A DNA stretch of 64,000 nucleotides, taken from a phage. The DNA lies in the sequence record PV946933.1; one strand, 5' to 3'. The notes under the pieces are model-generated. The model saw only the letters and a list, made by a program, of their open reading frames with translations. It was not told the origin of the DNA and did not search any database. Below, one piece after another: positions 22,114 through 31,408 of this stretch. The translations under genes were made by a program, and so were the position numbers. Each line of letters starts with the position of its first letter. Positions within the stretch are counted from its first letter, which is position 1.

Positions 22114-22166
22114 GTTTACAAGTCCCTCATGTTGTGTTATAGTAGACTTACTGACATAACATGAGG
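22114..22166 (+). promoter_or_regulatory. early promoter plus leader hairpin module, copy A (GTTTAC, TATAGT; 15-bp stem pairs spacer with SD)
   Basis: GTTTAC 22114-22119, TATAGT 22138-22143; 22125-22139 pairs with 22152-22166 including GAGG. Confidence 0.55.
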
Positions 22167-22171
22167 ACTTT

Positions 22172-22678
22172 ATGATGGATTTGCAGCTTATTACTACTGA
22201 GATGGTCGTTGAAGCATACGGTGATACTACAGATGGGATTTCTGTATTTAAAGGAAATCGTCGAGTTGGATATATCACCGATCTTAAGAAAGATTTAGCT
22301 AAGCAAGTTAAGCGGAAAACGACCATTAAAGAATATCGAAATCGTCGTCTTGAGCAAGCCCGTGATATGCTTCCTGATGCAGTTGAGGAGATGAAAGTCT
22401 TTTTAGAAAATCAGCTTGCGAAATATGATTGTGATGTGTTCATTAATCAGACTCAACCTAATGTTCATATTAACAACTGTAAATGCTATATCATCGTTAA
22501 TCCTTTGACGGGAAAACATCGTCTTGGAATTAGTAATCCAAATCGTAGCGCATCAGATATGGCAGAAGATGTTGAGGCATGCTTTAAAATTTCTAAATCT
22601 CCGGCTGAACATCATATTTTAATTAACGGTCTTTCTCAAGACGATATTGTAGAGGTTATTAAAACTTTATGCATGTAA
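22172..22678 (+). CDS. alc: Alc-like protein (by position and length; sequence not independently verified)
   Basis: 168 aa ORF between rnlA and pseT.x. Confidence 0.7.
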   Translation: MMDLQLITTEMVVEAYGDTTDGISVFKGNRRVGYITDLKKDLAKQVKRKTTIKEYRNRRLEQARDMLPDAVEEMKVFLENQLAKYDCDVFINQTQPNVHINNCKCYIIVNPLTGKHRLGISNPNRSASDMAEDVEACFKISKSPAEHHILINGLSQDDIVEVIKTLCM

Positions 22679-23022
22679 GTAATTTTACAGCTGGATTGCT
22701 ATTACTTGTAATAGCATTTGGCGGAACTTCTTTAATTTTAAAAAATAAAATTGAAAGATTAGAAACGTCTGTTGTAGAAATTACAAAAACGGCCAATGAA
22801 AACGCTTTAGCATTAGATAATTTGCGAATTCAGTATAATTATATTGATGCGATGAATAATAAAAATCGTGAGGCAATTGCTGCTATTGAGCGTGAAAATG
22901 AAAAACTGCGCAAAGACGCAAAGAAGGCGGATGTGGTGGCTCATAAGCCAGGATTGGTTGAAAAACAAATCAACAACTCCTTCAACAAGTTCGCAGAAGA
23001 CATCCAGGACCTTTCTAAATGA
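22669..23022 (+). CDS. i-spanin (pseT.3-like), N-terminal transmembrane helix
   Basis: 117 aa; hydrophobic N-terminus AGLLLLVIAFGGTSLIL then charged coiled region. Confidence 0.7.
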   Translation: MHVSNFTAGLLLLVIAFGGTSLILKNKIERLETSVVEITKTANENALALDNLRIQYNYIDAMNNKNREAIAAIERENEKLRKDAKKADVVAHKPGLVEKQINNSFNKFAEDIQDLSK

Positions 23023-23318
23023 TTAAACTATCAGCAGTAATATTATCTATTGGTCTTCTAGTTGGTTGTTCGACAAAGCCTCTAGAAGTAAAGAAAGAAA
23101 CAGTTCATCCTAATTGGCCTGTGCAAATAAAGTCATATGACGAAGCTAAACTATCTTGGCAAGTTAAAGTTATTGATGGTAAAGCTTGGGTCGGTATGCC
23201 ATTTGAAGATTCCCAGGAATTTCGTATTTGGCTTAATGATGTAAAACGATATGTGCATGACCAGAAAACTATGATATGTTATTATCGTCAAGAGCTAAAA
23301 GAGGATAAATGTAAATGA
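23019..23318 (+). CDS. o-spanin lipoprotein (pseT.2-like)
   Basis: 99 aa; signal plus lipobox LLVGC; overlaps i-spanin end. Confidence 0.7.
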   Translation: MIKLSAVILSIGLLVGCSTKPLEVKKETVHPNWPVQIKSYDEAKLSWQVKVIDGKAWVGMPFEDSQEFRIWLNDVKRYVHDQKTMICYYRQELKEDKCK

Positions 23319-23541
23319 TTTCATGGCATCAATTTGAACATCTCAAAGGATTGATTTATGAATCCGAGATGGCTGCAATGATTTATGGACGCCAGATTCA
23401 ACGATTAGAATCTTTACCTCCAACTAATGATGTTTTATTAGCTCAATCTCGGGCTAATCTTAAAAATGAATACCAAAATAAGTGGGGTAAAGCATCTAAA
23501 GACCTGCATGATTATATTCAATCATTGGTTGAGAAAAATAA

Positions 23542-23545
<4 letters not shown>
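23315..23545 (+). CDS. hypothetical protein
   Basis: 76 aa, ATGA overlap with upstream gene. Confidence 0.55.
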
Positions 23546-24745
<1,200 letters not shown>

Positions 24746-24746
<1 letters not shown>

Positions 24747-25123
24747 TGGCTTTGCATCATGAAACTTGGGCTATTGTTATTGTAAATAGCGATTTAGTTG
24801 GTACTAGTAATGGGCAATTTTGCGTATTCACTAGTGAAATTAGGGCTTGGGAGGAATGTCTTAAATTAAGAGAAAAGAATCCTGATGTTAAAAAACTAAA
24901 CTGCCTTTACCATGGAAAACTTATGAATAATCTAGAAAAGATTTATCGTCTTTGCGATAAAATCGAAAAAGAAAAGAAATACCTATTTTGTCTATGGCCT
25001 ATTGTTGACGGAAGAGTAGGCTTAGATGTTCTTGATTATGAAACAGAAGACAAAGTAGATGGTTCAATTTTTGATAACGCTTTGGATGTTATTGATTGGC
25101 TTGAAGAAAATTATGTGAGGTAA
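24746..25123 (+). CDS. hypothetical protein (cd.x region)
   Basis: 125 aa ORF. Confidence 0.55.
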
Positions 25124-25125
25124 AT

Positions 25126-25401
25126 ATGTTTCCGACTTACTCTAAAATCGTAGAAGTAGTGTTTAGCCAAATTATCGCTAATAACATGTTTGAAAAGCTT
25201 GATAATGCAGCTGAGCTTCGAATCCACGCTCAAGTGACTCATGTATTGAACGCTTTGCTTCCAGACCAAGTGGATTCTATTGCAATTACGCTATATCCAG
25301 GTTCCGCGCATATCATTGTCGTATTCGGTCTTGATGCTGAGCTAGTCATCAAAGGCGATATTCGTTTTGAATCACAGACATCAGAATTCAAAGCAATTTA
25401 A
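25126..25401 (+). CDS. hypothetical protein (cd.x region)
   Basis: 91 aa, SD GAGG. Confidence 0.55.
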   Translation: MFPTYSKIVEVVFSQIIANNMFEKLDNAAELRIHAQVTHVLNALLPDQVDSIAITLYPGSAHIIVVFGLDAELVIKGDIRFESQTSEFKAI

Positions 25402-25462
25402 TAGTTTACTTTACGGTAGAGTTGTGATATTATAGCTCTACCAAACAAATGAGGAAATTGAA

Positions 25463-25699
25463 ATGCTAAGTGAAAAACCAATTACTGTTAAAGAATTCCA
25501 AGAAAAAGTTAAACTATTTGCTCAGGAATTGGTAAATAAGGTTTCTGAACGATTTCCTGAAACATCGGTTCGTGTTATTACCGAAACTCCTCGTTCAGTA
25601 TTAGTAATTGTGAATCCAGGTGATGGCGATCAAATATCGCATCTTAAATTAGATTTTGATGGATTAGTTGAAGCACAAAGGGTGTATGGCGTACTATGA
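25463..25699 (+). CDS. hypothetical protein (cd.x region)
   Basis: 78 aa, SD GAGGA. Confidence 0.55.
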   Translation: MLSEKPITVKEFQEKVKLFAQELVNKVSERFPETSVRVITETPRSVLVIVNPGDGDQISHLKLDFDGLVEAQRVYGVL

Positions 25700-26034
25700 T
25701 GAATTTAACTGATATAATTGATAATTGTCTTGAAAATGATACTGGCGATCATAGAGCGCTTGATTCTGAAACAGCACAGTTCATTAGAATAACTTTAATG
25801 AACGATACTCTGGTGAACAGTATTCATCCTTCTGTGTATGATGCTATTATTGTGACGAAGTATCCTGTTGAGCTTCACAAAAAGATGGCTGGTGCAATTT
25901 TTATTGATAAGAAAAACCGCTTTAAAGATGGGCAGAATATAATTAGTTCTGTTATTAAAAGTATAACTAAACTTCGTCACGAAATTTATCGTGTTGAAAC
26001 TACTAAATCTGCTTATCTGGTGATTATGAAATGA
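25696..26034 (+). CDS. hypothetical protein (cd.x region)
   Basis: 112 aa, ATGA overlaps. Confidence 0.55.
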   Translation: MMNLTDIIDNCLENDTGDHRALDSETAQFIRITLMNDTLVNSIHPSVYDAIIVTKYPVELHKKMAGAIFIDKKNRFKDGQNIISSVIKSITKLRHEIYRVETTKSAYLVIMK

Positions 26035-26612
26035 AAGCGAGCACAGTACTTCAAATTGCATATTTAGTATCACAAGAATCCAAATGTTGCTCCTGGAAGG
26101 TAGGAGCAGTAATTGAAAAGAATGGACGTATTATTTCTACTGGGTATAATGGTTCCCCCGCAGGGGGTGTGAACTGTTGTGATTATGCTGCTGAACAAGG
26201 TTGGTTGTTGAATAAACCTAAACATACTATCATTCAAGGTCATAAACCCGAATGTGTATCGTTTGGTTCAACTGATCGTTTTGTTTTGGCGAAAGAACAC
26301 CGTAGTGCTCACTCTGAATGGTCGTCTAAAAATGAAATTCATGCTGAACTAAATGCGATTTTGTTTGCTGCACGAAATGGTTCTTCAATTGAAGGTGCTA
26401 CTATGTATGTAACACTTTCTCCTTGCCCAGATTGTGCAAAAGCGATAGCTCAATCTGGAATTAAAAAGTTGGTTTATTGCGAAACATACGATAAAAATAA
26501 ACCTGGCTGGGATGATATTCTGCGAAATGCGGGTATTGAAGTGTTTAATGTTCCTAAGAAAAACTTGAATAAGTTAAACTGGGAAAATATCAACGAATTC
26601 TGTGGTGAATAA
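26031..26612 (+). CDS. cd: dCMP deaminase
   Basis: 193 aa; zinc motifs HAELNA and PCPDCAKAI. Confidence 0.95.
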   Translation: MKASTVLQIAYLVSQESKCCSWKVGAVIEKNGRIISTGYNGSPAGGVNCCDYAAEQGWLLNKPKHTIIQGHKPECVSFGSTDRFVLAKEHRSAHSEWSSKNEIHAELNAILFAARNGSSIEGATMYVTLSPCPDCAKAIAQSGIKKLVYCETYDKNKPGWDDILRNAGIEVFNVPKKNLNKLNWENINEFCGE

Positions 26613-26848
26613 TGAAATTTCGTTTGGTACAACTCACAGCAATTAGTTCTTATTCTAACGAGAACATTTCATTTGCTGTAGAGTATAAGAAATATTTTTT
26701 CTCTAAATGGAAGCAGTATTATAAGTCAGAATGGGTTTGTATTGATAGACCGTATAGTTGGAAATCTGATTTAGAAAAATGCCAAAAATTGCTTTCCACT
26801 CTTAAAGAACGTGGAACAACCCATATTAAAACTGTAATAGGTAAATAA
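26612..26848 (+). CDS. hypothetical protein (31.2-like)
   Basis: 78 aa. Confidence 0.55.
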   Translation: MKFRLVQLTAISSYSNENISFAVEYKKYFFSKWKQYYKSEWVCIDRPYSWKSDLEKCQKLLSTLKERGTTHIKTVIGK

Positions 26849-27157
26849 ATGAAATTGACAACTGAACAGAAAGTAGCAATTCGTGAAATTTTGAAAACTA
26901 AATTGTCCATGGGTATTTCAAACGTGGTTTTTGAAAAGTCTGATGGTACTATTCGTACTATGAAAGGCACTCGTGATGCAGACTTTATGCCAACCATGCA
27001 AACCGGTAAATTGACTGAATCTACTCGGAAAGAATCTACTGATATGATTCCAGTATTTGATGTTGAACTCGGTGCATGGCGAGGTTTTTCTATTGACAAA
27101 TTGATTTCCGTTAATGGTATGAAAGTTGAGCATTTGCTTCAATTTATTGGTAAATAA
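26849..27157 (+). CDS. hypothetical protein (31.1-like)
   Basis: 102 aa. Confidence 0.55.
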   Translation: MKLTTEQKVAIREILKTKLSMGISNVVFEKSDGTIRTMKGTRDADFMPTMQTGKLTESTRKESTDMIPVFDVELGAWRGFSIDKLISVNGMKVEHLLQFIGK

Positions 27158-27183
27158 ATGCTTTAAGAATTATTTGTTATTAT
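27157..27183 (+). promoter_or_regulatory. middle promoter (MotA box AATGCTTTA, -10 TATTAT) for gene 31
   Basis: box 27157-27165, TATTAT 27178-27183. Confidence 0.5.
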
Positions 27184-27213
27184 TAATTCATCTGTTAACA
27201 AAAAGGAAAAACA

Positions 27214-27549
27214 ATGTCTGAAGTACAACAGCTACCAATTCGTGCTGTCGGTGAATATGTTATTTTAGTTTCTGAACCTGCACAAGCCGGTGATGAAGAA
27301 GTCACAGAATCAGGACTCATTATCGGTAAACGTGTTCAAGGTGAAGTTCCTGAACTGTGTGTAATTCACTCTGTTGGTCCTGATGTTCCTGAAGGTTTCT
27401 GTGAAGTTGGTGATTTGACTTCTCTTCCAGTTGGTCAAATTCGAAACGTTCCGCATCCTTTTGTAGCTCTGGGTCTTAAGCAGCCAAAAGAAATTAAACA
27501 AAAATTCGTTACTTGTCACTATAAAGCTATTCCATGTCTTTATAAGTGA
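27214..27549 (+). CDS. 31: gp31 co-chaperonin (GroES analogue)
   Basis: 111 aa [22 protein letters not shown]... Confidence 0.93.
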   Translation: MSEVQQLPIRAVGEYVILVSEPAQAGDEEVTESGLIIGKRVQGEVPELCVIHSVGPDVPEGFCEVGDLTSLPVGQIRNVPHPFVALGLKQPKEIKQKFVTCHYKAIPCLYK

Positions 27550-27557
27550 TATAAATA
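27550..27557 (+). promoter_or_regulatory. late promoter TATAAATA upstream of rIII
   Basis: exact TATAAATA directly after gene 31 stop. Confidence 0.55.
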
Positions 27558-27696
27558 ATAATATGAATTGGGTGTCGGAATAATAAGTTAACCGAACAAT
27601 TCTACGTGGTAGTCTACAACTGAGAGATCTGTCGAAAGAAGATGAAATTCAGAAGAACGTGACTACCGAGTTTTAATCTCTAACGAGAATTTTTAA

Positions 27697-27945
27697 ATGA
27701 TTAAACAATTACAACACGCTCTCGAACTGCAACGAAACGCATGGAATAATGGTCACGAAAACTATGGCGCATCTATTGATGTTGAAGCCGAAGCTCTTGA
27801 AATCCTGCGTTATTTCAAACATCTGAATCCTGCTCAAACTGCACTAGCTGCTGAGCTCCAGGAAAAAGATGAACTTAAATATGCTAAGCCTCTGGCTTCT
27901 GCTGCACGAAAAGCAGTTCGTCACTTTGTGGTAACACTGAAGTAA
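27697..27945 (+). CDS. rIII: rIII lysis inhibition accessory protein
   Basis: 82 aa ORF at the T4 rIII position between 31 and 30.9. Confidence 0.8.
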   Translation: MIKQLQHALELQRNAWNNGHENYGASIDVEAEALEILRYFKHLNPAQTALAAELQEKDELKYAKPLASAARKAVRHFVVTLK

Positions 27946-28065
27946 TTATGTTGACGAGGTTTATGGTTATCCTGTCGGTAAATATTCAAAACCTAAGTAC
28001 CCCTTTGAGGGCTTTCGCAGGCAATGCCAATAAGTCCTGCATTTTCATTTAAAAGAGAATTTATA

Positions 28066-28242
28066 ATGGCAAAACAAGCTAAAGCAAAGAAAGCAGTTGA
28101 AAAGAAAGTTGGTGATTCTAAACGCGCTGGTTACAAGCGTGGGTCGAACTCTCGTATCAATCAAACTGTTGAGAAGATCATGCGCCGAGCACGTGCGGTT
28201 CTTCGAGATGATGCTTCTCGTTTTGGTAAGCAGAAAGCATAA
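28066..28242 (+). CDS. small basic protein (30.9-like)
   Basis: 58 aa from ATG 28066 (MAKQAKAKKAVEKKVGDSKRAGYKRG...); track start 28024 is upstream. Confidence 0.55.
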   Translation: MAKQAKAKKAVEKKVGDSKRAGYKRGSNSRINQTVEKIMRRARAVLRDDASRFGKQKA

Positions 28243-28246
28243 GTTG

Positions 28247-28271
28247 AGGACTCCTTCGGGAGTCCTTTTTT
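28247..28271 (+). terminator. rho-independent terminator (UUCG tetraloop)
   Basis: AGGACTCC-TTCG-GGAGTCCT followed by TTTTTT. Confidence 0.8.
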
Positions 28272-28295
28272 ATTTTCCAAAGATTGCACAAAGTT

Positions 28296-28325
28296 GTTTA
28301 CAGTATGGTTCCTTTGTGATAGTAT
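28296..28325 (+). promoter_or_regulatory. early promoter (GTTTAC, 18 bp, TAGTAT) with flanking inverted repeat
   Basis: GTTTAC 28296-28301; CCTTTGT / ACAAAGG arms flank the -10. Confidence 0.5.
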
Positions 28326-28352
28326 TATCTTACACAAACAAAGGAGAATAAA

Positions 28353-28685
28353 ATGAAAACGATTAATCTGAACGCTGCGGTTAAAACTAAATGCTTCAAT
28401 GGTAAATATGATGAAACTATGTGGTTCTTAATGGCAGTTGAAGGTGATATTATTGAAGTAGAAACAACAGAAGGTATGGGAACAGATTTCACCTTTACAA
28501 TTCAAGTTCATAATTTCTTTACTGGTTGGATTTATGAATTGAATACAGTAATCGTTGGAAAAATTGAACAAAATGAATTAGGTGAATGGTATTATGTTAC
28601 AGCTCGCCAACGGGCCGAACGCTTAATTGAGAAGATGAAAAAAGTTGGCAAACTTGACATGCAGCACTGGAAAGTAGTAAAATAA
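28353..28685 (+). CDS. hypothetical protein (30.8-like)
   Basis: 110 aa; RBS AAGGAGAATAAAATG. Confidence 0.6.
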   Translation: MKTINLNAAVKTKCFNGKYDETMWFLMAVEGDIIEVETTEGMGTDFTFTIQVHNFFTGWIYELNTVIVGKIEQNELGEWYYVTARQRAERLIEKMKKVGKLDMQHWKVVK

Positions 28686-28687
28686 TT

Positions 28688-28716
28688 GTTTACTTTGGTA
28701 CAGGATATGATATTAT
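28688..28716 (+). promoter_or_regulatory. early promoter (GTTTAC, 17 bp, TATTAT) bracketed by GGTACAGG / CCTGTACC
   Basis: GTTTAC 28688-28693, TATTAT 28711-28716, 8-bp inverted repeat 28697-28704 / 28719-28726. Confidence 0.5.
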
Positions 28717-28752
28717 ATACCTGTACCGCAATTAAACATCTTGGAGAATAAA

Positions 28753-29118
28753 ATGAACTACATCAACTTTGAACGTAAATATGTTTCTAACGGTATTGCA
28801 GGTTCTATTGATACTATCTGCCTTTGGAAACATCAAAATGGATCAGTATGCGAAATTGAACAGTATATGACTCCTAACTACGTTTATATGCGATTTGAAA
28901 ATGGCATCACGGTTTCAATCACGAAAGAAGGTTCTTCTTTTAAAATCGCATTAGATGATGATTTCCGTCAACGCGATTTAGGTACTCATCCTTGCTGGAA
29001 TGGCGTCAATCGTAAGCTTCTGGTTAAAACTTGGATTCGTCATATTCTGAGTAACAGAGCTAAACCTGAGCATCTTGAAGCGATCTTTGATGTAGTTCTT
29101 AATGAATTTGATATTTAA
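28753..29118 (+). CDS. hypothetical protein (30.7-like)
   Basis: 121 aa from ATG 28753 (track start 28741 is TTG). Confidence 0.6.
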   Translation: MNYINFERKYVSNGIAGSIDTICLWKHQNGSVCEIEQYMTPNYVYMRFENGITVSITKEGSSFKIALDDDFRQRDLGTHPCWNGVNRKLLVKTWIRHILSNRAKPEHLEAIFDVVLNEFDI

Positions 29119-29158
29119 AATAAAATAGGGGCTTCGGCCCCTTACTGAGGAAAATACT

Positions 29159-29446
29159 ATGTTTATGACTACTTATTTTGATACCCGTAAAAATTTCTGT
29201 GAAGTGGTTTTCTCTAAGGCACCTAAAGGCCTTCCTGCTCATTTGCAACCTACCAGTGAATCGATTAAAAACTACGTTAATGCAGTATGTCCTTTAAAGT
29301 TCCGTACTGTAAATGGACGTGATACTCTAGCAATCATTAAACTCAATCGTGAAATTGACATTGACCCTTCAATTGCGCGTGAAATTAATATTTCTGACAT
29401 TGGTGGTGGTAATGTTAAATCGCACGGATTTCAGATGAGGTTCTAA
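29159..29446 (+). CDS. hypothetical protein (30.6-like)
   Basis: 95 aa. Confidence 0.55.
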   Translation: MFMTTYFDTRKNFCEVVFSKAPKGLPAHLQPTSESIKNYVNAVCPLKFRTVNGRDTLAIIKLNREIDIDPSIAREINISDIGGGNVKSHGFQMRF

Positions 29447-29643
29447 TGAAATTCTTTTTGGGTCAAACTGTTGAATTAAAGGGAGTCGGTATACCTGGAT
29501 TAATTTCTAAGGTTTTGCCTGCATTTAAATGGAGAGACGTTCAAATAAAAGAGGCTTATATTGTTTCCTGGGTAGATGGAAATGAAGACCTTCGTATGGG
29601 TGATGAATTATCTCCTATCTATGGATTAAAGGAATTAGTATGA
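29446..29643 (+). CDS. hypothetical protein (30.5-like)
   Basis: 65 aa. Confidence 0.5.
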   Translation: MKFFLGQTVELKGVGIPGLISKVLPAFKWRDVQIKEAYIVSWVDGNEDLRMGDELSPIYGLKELV

Positions 29644-29846
29644 ATATAATTAATAAGATTTTTGGAATTCAGTACATTAAGGTCACATATAAAGTAACGT
29701 ATAAAGGTCCGTATACCGATGAACATGAAGAACCACAAGTTAAGTCTATTATATTAGAAAAGGACCCTAACTGGCCAGTTGAATTTCGTCTTCCTTGCTA
29801 TGGTCATTGGGCTGATGTTGAAATTATAAGTATTGAAAATGTCTGA
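29640..29846 (+). CDS. hypothetical protein (30.4-like)
   Basis: 68 aa. Confidence 0.5.
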   Translation: MNIINKIFGIQYIKVTYKVTYKGPYTDEHEEPQVKSIILEKDPNWPVEFRLPCYGHWADVEIISIENV

Positions 29847-30297
29847 GCTAGAGATAAGAAGCAATTTTAGATGGCCATCATGTGCATTAAGCAATTTCGC
29901 CCAATGGCCTTTCGTTATGGATGGTATCCAATTTGGAGGTCTCGAAGGATTCCTCCAAGGATGTAAGGTGAAAAATGTTGAACAGCAAAGACGTATATTT
30001 GGGATGTCCGGATTGGATGCACAAAAAGCTGGACGAGCTTATGCTAGAGCTCAGGACCGCGGTACGTTGTTCTGGCTTGGAGTTCCATTTTCAAGATACT
30101 CCCCGGCGTGGAAAGAATTATACACAAATGCATATTTTGAAGCAGCGATCCAAAACAGGGGCTTTCGTGATGCATTACAAGCCTCGAAAGGAAAAGTTTT
30201 GAAGCACAGCATGGCTAGTGGTCTAACAAAAGATGATACAATACTAACTGAAGCTGAATTTATTGATGTGTTAAACCTATTAAGAGACTCTCTATGA
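29839..30297 (+). CDS. NADAR/YbiA-like (DUF1768) protein, 30.3-like
   Basis: 152 aa from ATG 29839; signature ALSNFAQWPF...GGLEGFLQGCK. Confidence 0.65.
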   Translation: MSELEIRSNFRWPSCALSNFAQWPFVMDGIQFGGLEGFLQGCKVKNVEQQRRIFGMSGLDAQKAGRAYARAQDRGTLFWLGVPFSRYSPAWKELYTNAYFEAAIQNRGFRDALQASKGKVLKHSMASGLTKDDTILTEAEFIDVLNLLRDSL

Positions 30298-31139
30298 AGC
30301 CAACTATTTTGACTGATATTGATGGAGTATGTTTAAGCTGGCAATCAGGCCTTCCTTATTTTGCTCAGAAATATAATCTTCCATTAGAACATATTTTAAA
30401 AATGATCCAAGATGAGAAATTTATTTCTCCAGGTAAACTCTTTAATTGTGACGAAGAACTTGGCGTCAAGTTAATTGAAAAATACAATCGTTCAGATTTT
30501 ATTCGTTACTTGTCTCCGTATAAAGATGCCCTGTGTGTAATTAACAAATTAAAAGAAGATTATAATTTTGTAGCTGTTACAGCATTGGGTGATTCTATTG
30601 ATGCTCTATTAAATCGTCAATTTAATTTGAATGCTCTTTTTCCTGGTGCCTTTTCAGAAGTAATGATGTGCGGTCATGATTCTTCAAAAGAAGAGTTGTT
30701 CAAAAAGGCAAAAGAGAAATATAACGTAATTTGTTATATTGACGATCTCGCTCATCACTGCGATCATGCGAGTGAAATATTAAATGTTCCTGTTTATTGG
30801 ATGGCTCGAGGAGAACGTGACAATATTCCAAAAACTGCTCAGCGAGTTTATACATGGAATGATGTAGAAAATAAGCTTTTTTCGCCGAAGGAAAATAAAG
30901 AAAGTTTTGATAGTGAAAAAGCTATAAAAGATTTAATTGAGAAGATGGTTAAAAACGATTCTTTTCCTTGGAACACTACCTGGAGAACGCCTGGATTAAA
31001 TCCTTATAATCCATATTATCTATATCATCCATATCAGACACATCCGTTTCAGACATGGAACTATATTAAACCTGGTGGCATAGAGTATTTGTATAATAGA
31101 CCTACTAGTGGTGATAATATTTTTCAAGGAGCATTCTAA
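30294..31139 (+). CDS. HAD-superfamily hydrolase-like protein (30.2-like)
   Basis: 281 aa; N-terminal ILTDIDGV motif; aromatic/Pro-rich C-terminus. Confidence 0.6.
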   Translation: MKPTILTDIDGVCLSWQSGLPYFAQKYNLPLEHILKMIQDEKFISPGKLFNCDEELGVKLIEKYNRSDFIRYLSPYKDALCVINKLKEDYNFVAVTALGDSIDALLNRQFNLNALFPGAFSEVMMCGHDSSKEELFKKAKEKYNVICYIDDLAHHCDHASEILNVPVYWMARGERDNIPKTAQRVYTWNDVENKLFSPKENKESFDSEKAIKDLIEKMVKNDSFPWNTTWRTPGLNPYNPYYLYHPYQTHPFQTWNYIKPGGIEYLYNRPTSGDNIFQGAF

Positions 31140-31408
31140 TGTTTGTTGTTCATACTATTTATGAAAATGAAGGTAATACTACACGTGATTACGGTCACGT
31201 AAATCAATTTTTTAGATGCAATCCAGAATTCCGTGCTCAAAAAGACGAACGAATTTTTAAAAAATGTGTAGAACAAGGTTTCATTTACGTCAAGCACTGG
31301 ATGCAAGGAAATAAAGTTAGAACTACATATCATAAGTCTTTGCCTGAGCTTAATGATGAATTGATTTATAATAGAAATGTAAATCAAACTCTGAAGGATG
31401 AACAATGA
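31139..31408 (+). CDS. hypothetical protein (30.1-like)
   Basis: 89 aa. Confidence 0.55.
   Translation: MFVVHTIYENEGNTTRDYGHVNQFFRCNPEFRAQKDERIFKKCVEQGFIYVKHWMQGNKVRTTYHKSLPELNDELIYNRNVNQTLKDEQ

Noticed and set aside
27131-27141. Second MotA-box-like TTTGCTTCA upstream of gene 31
   Set aside because: No TAnnnT -10 element at the required spacing; the downstream box at 27157-27165 fits better.
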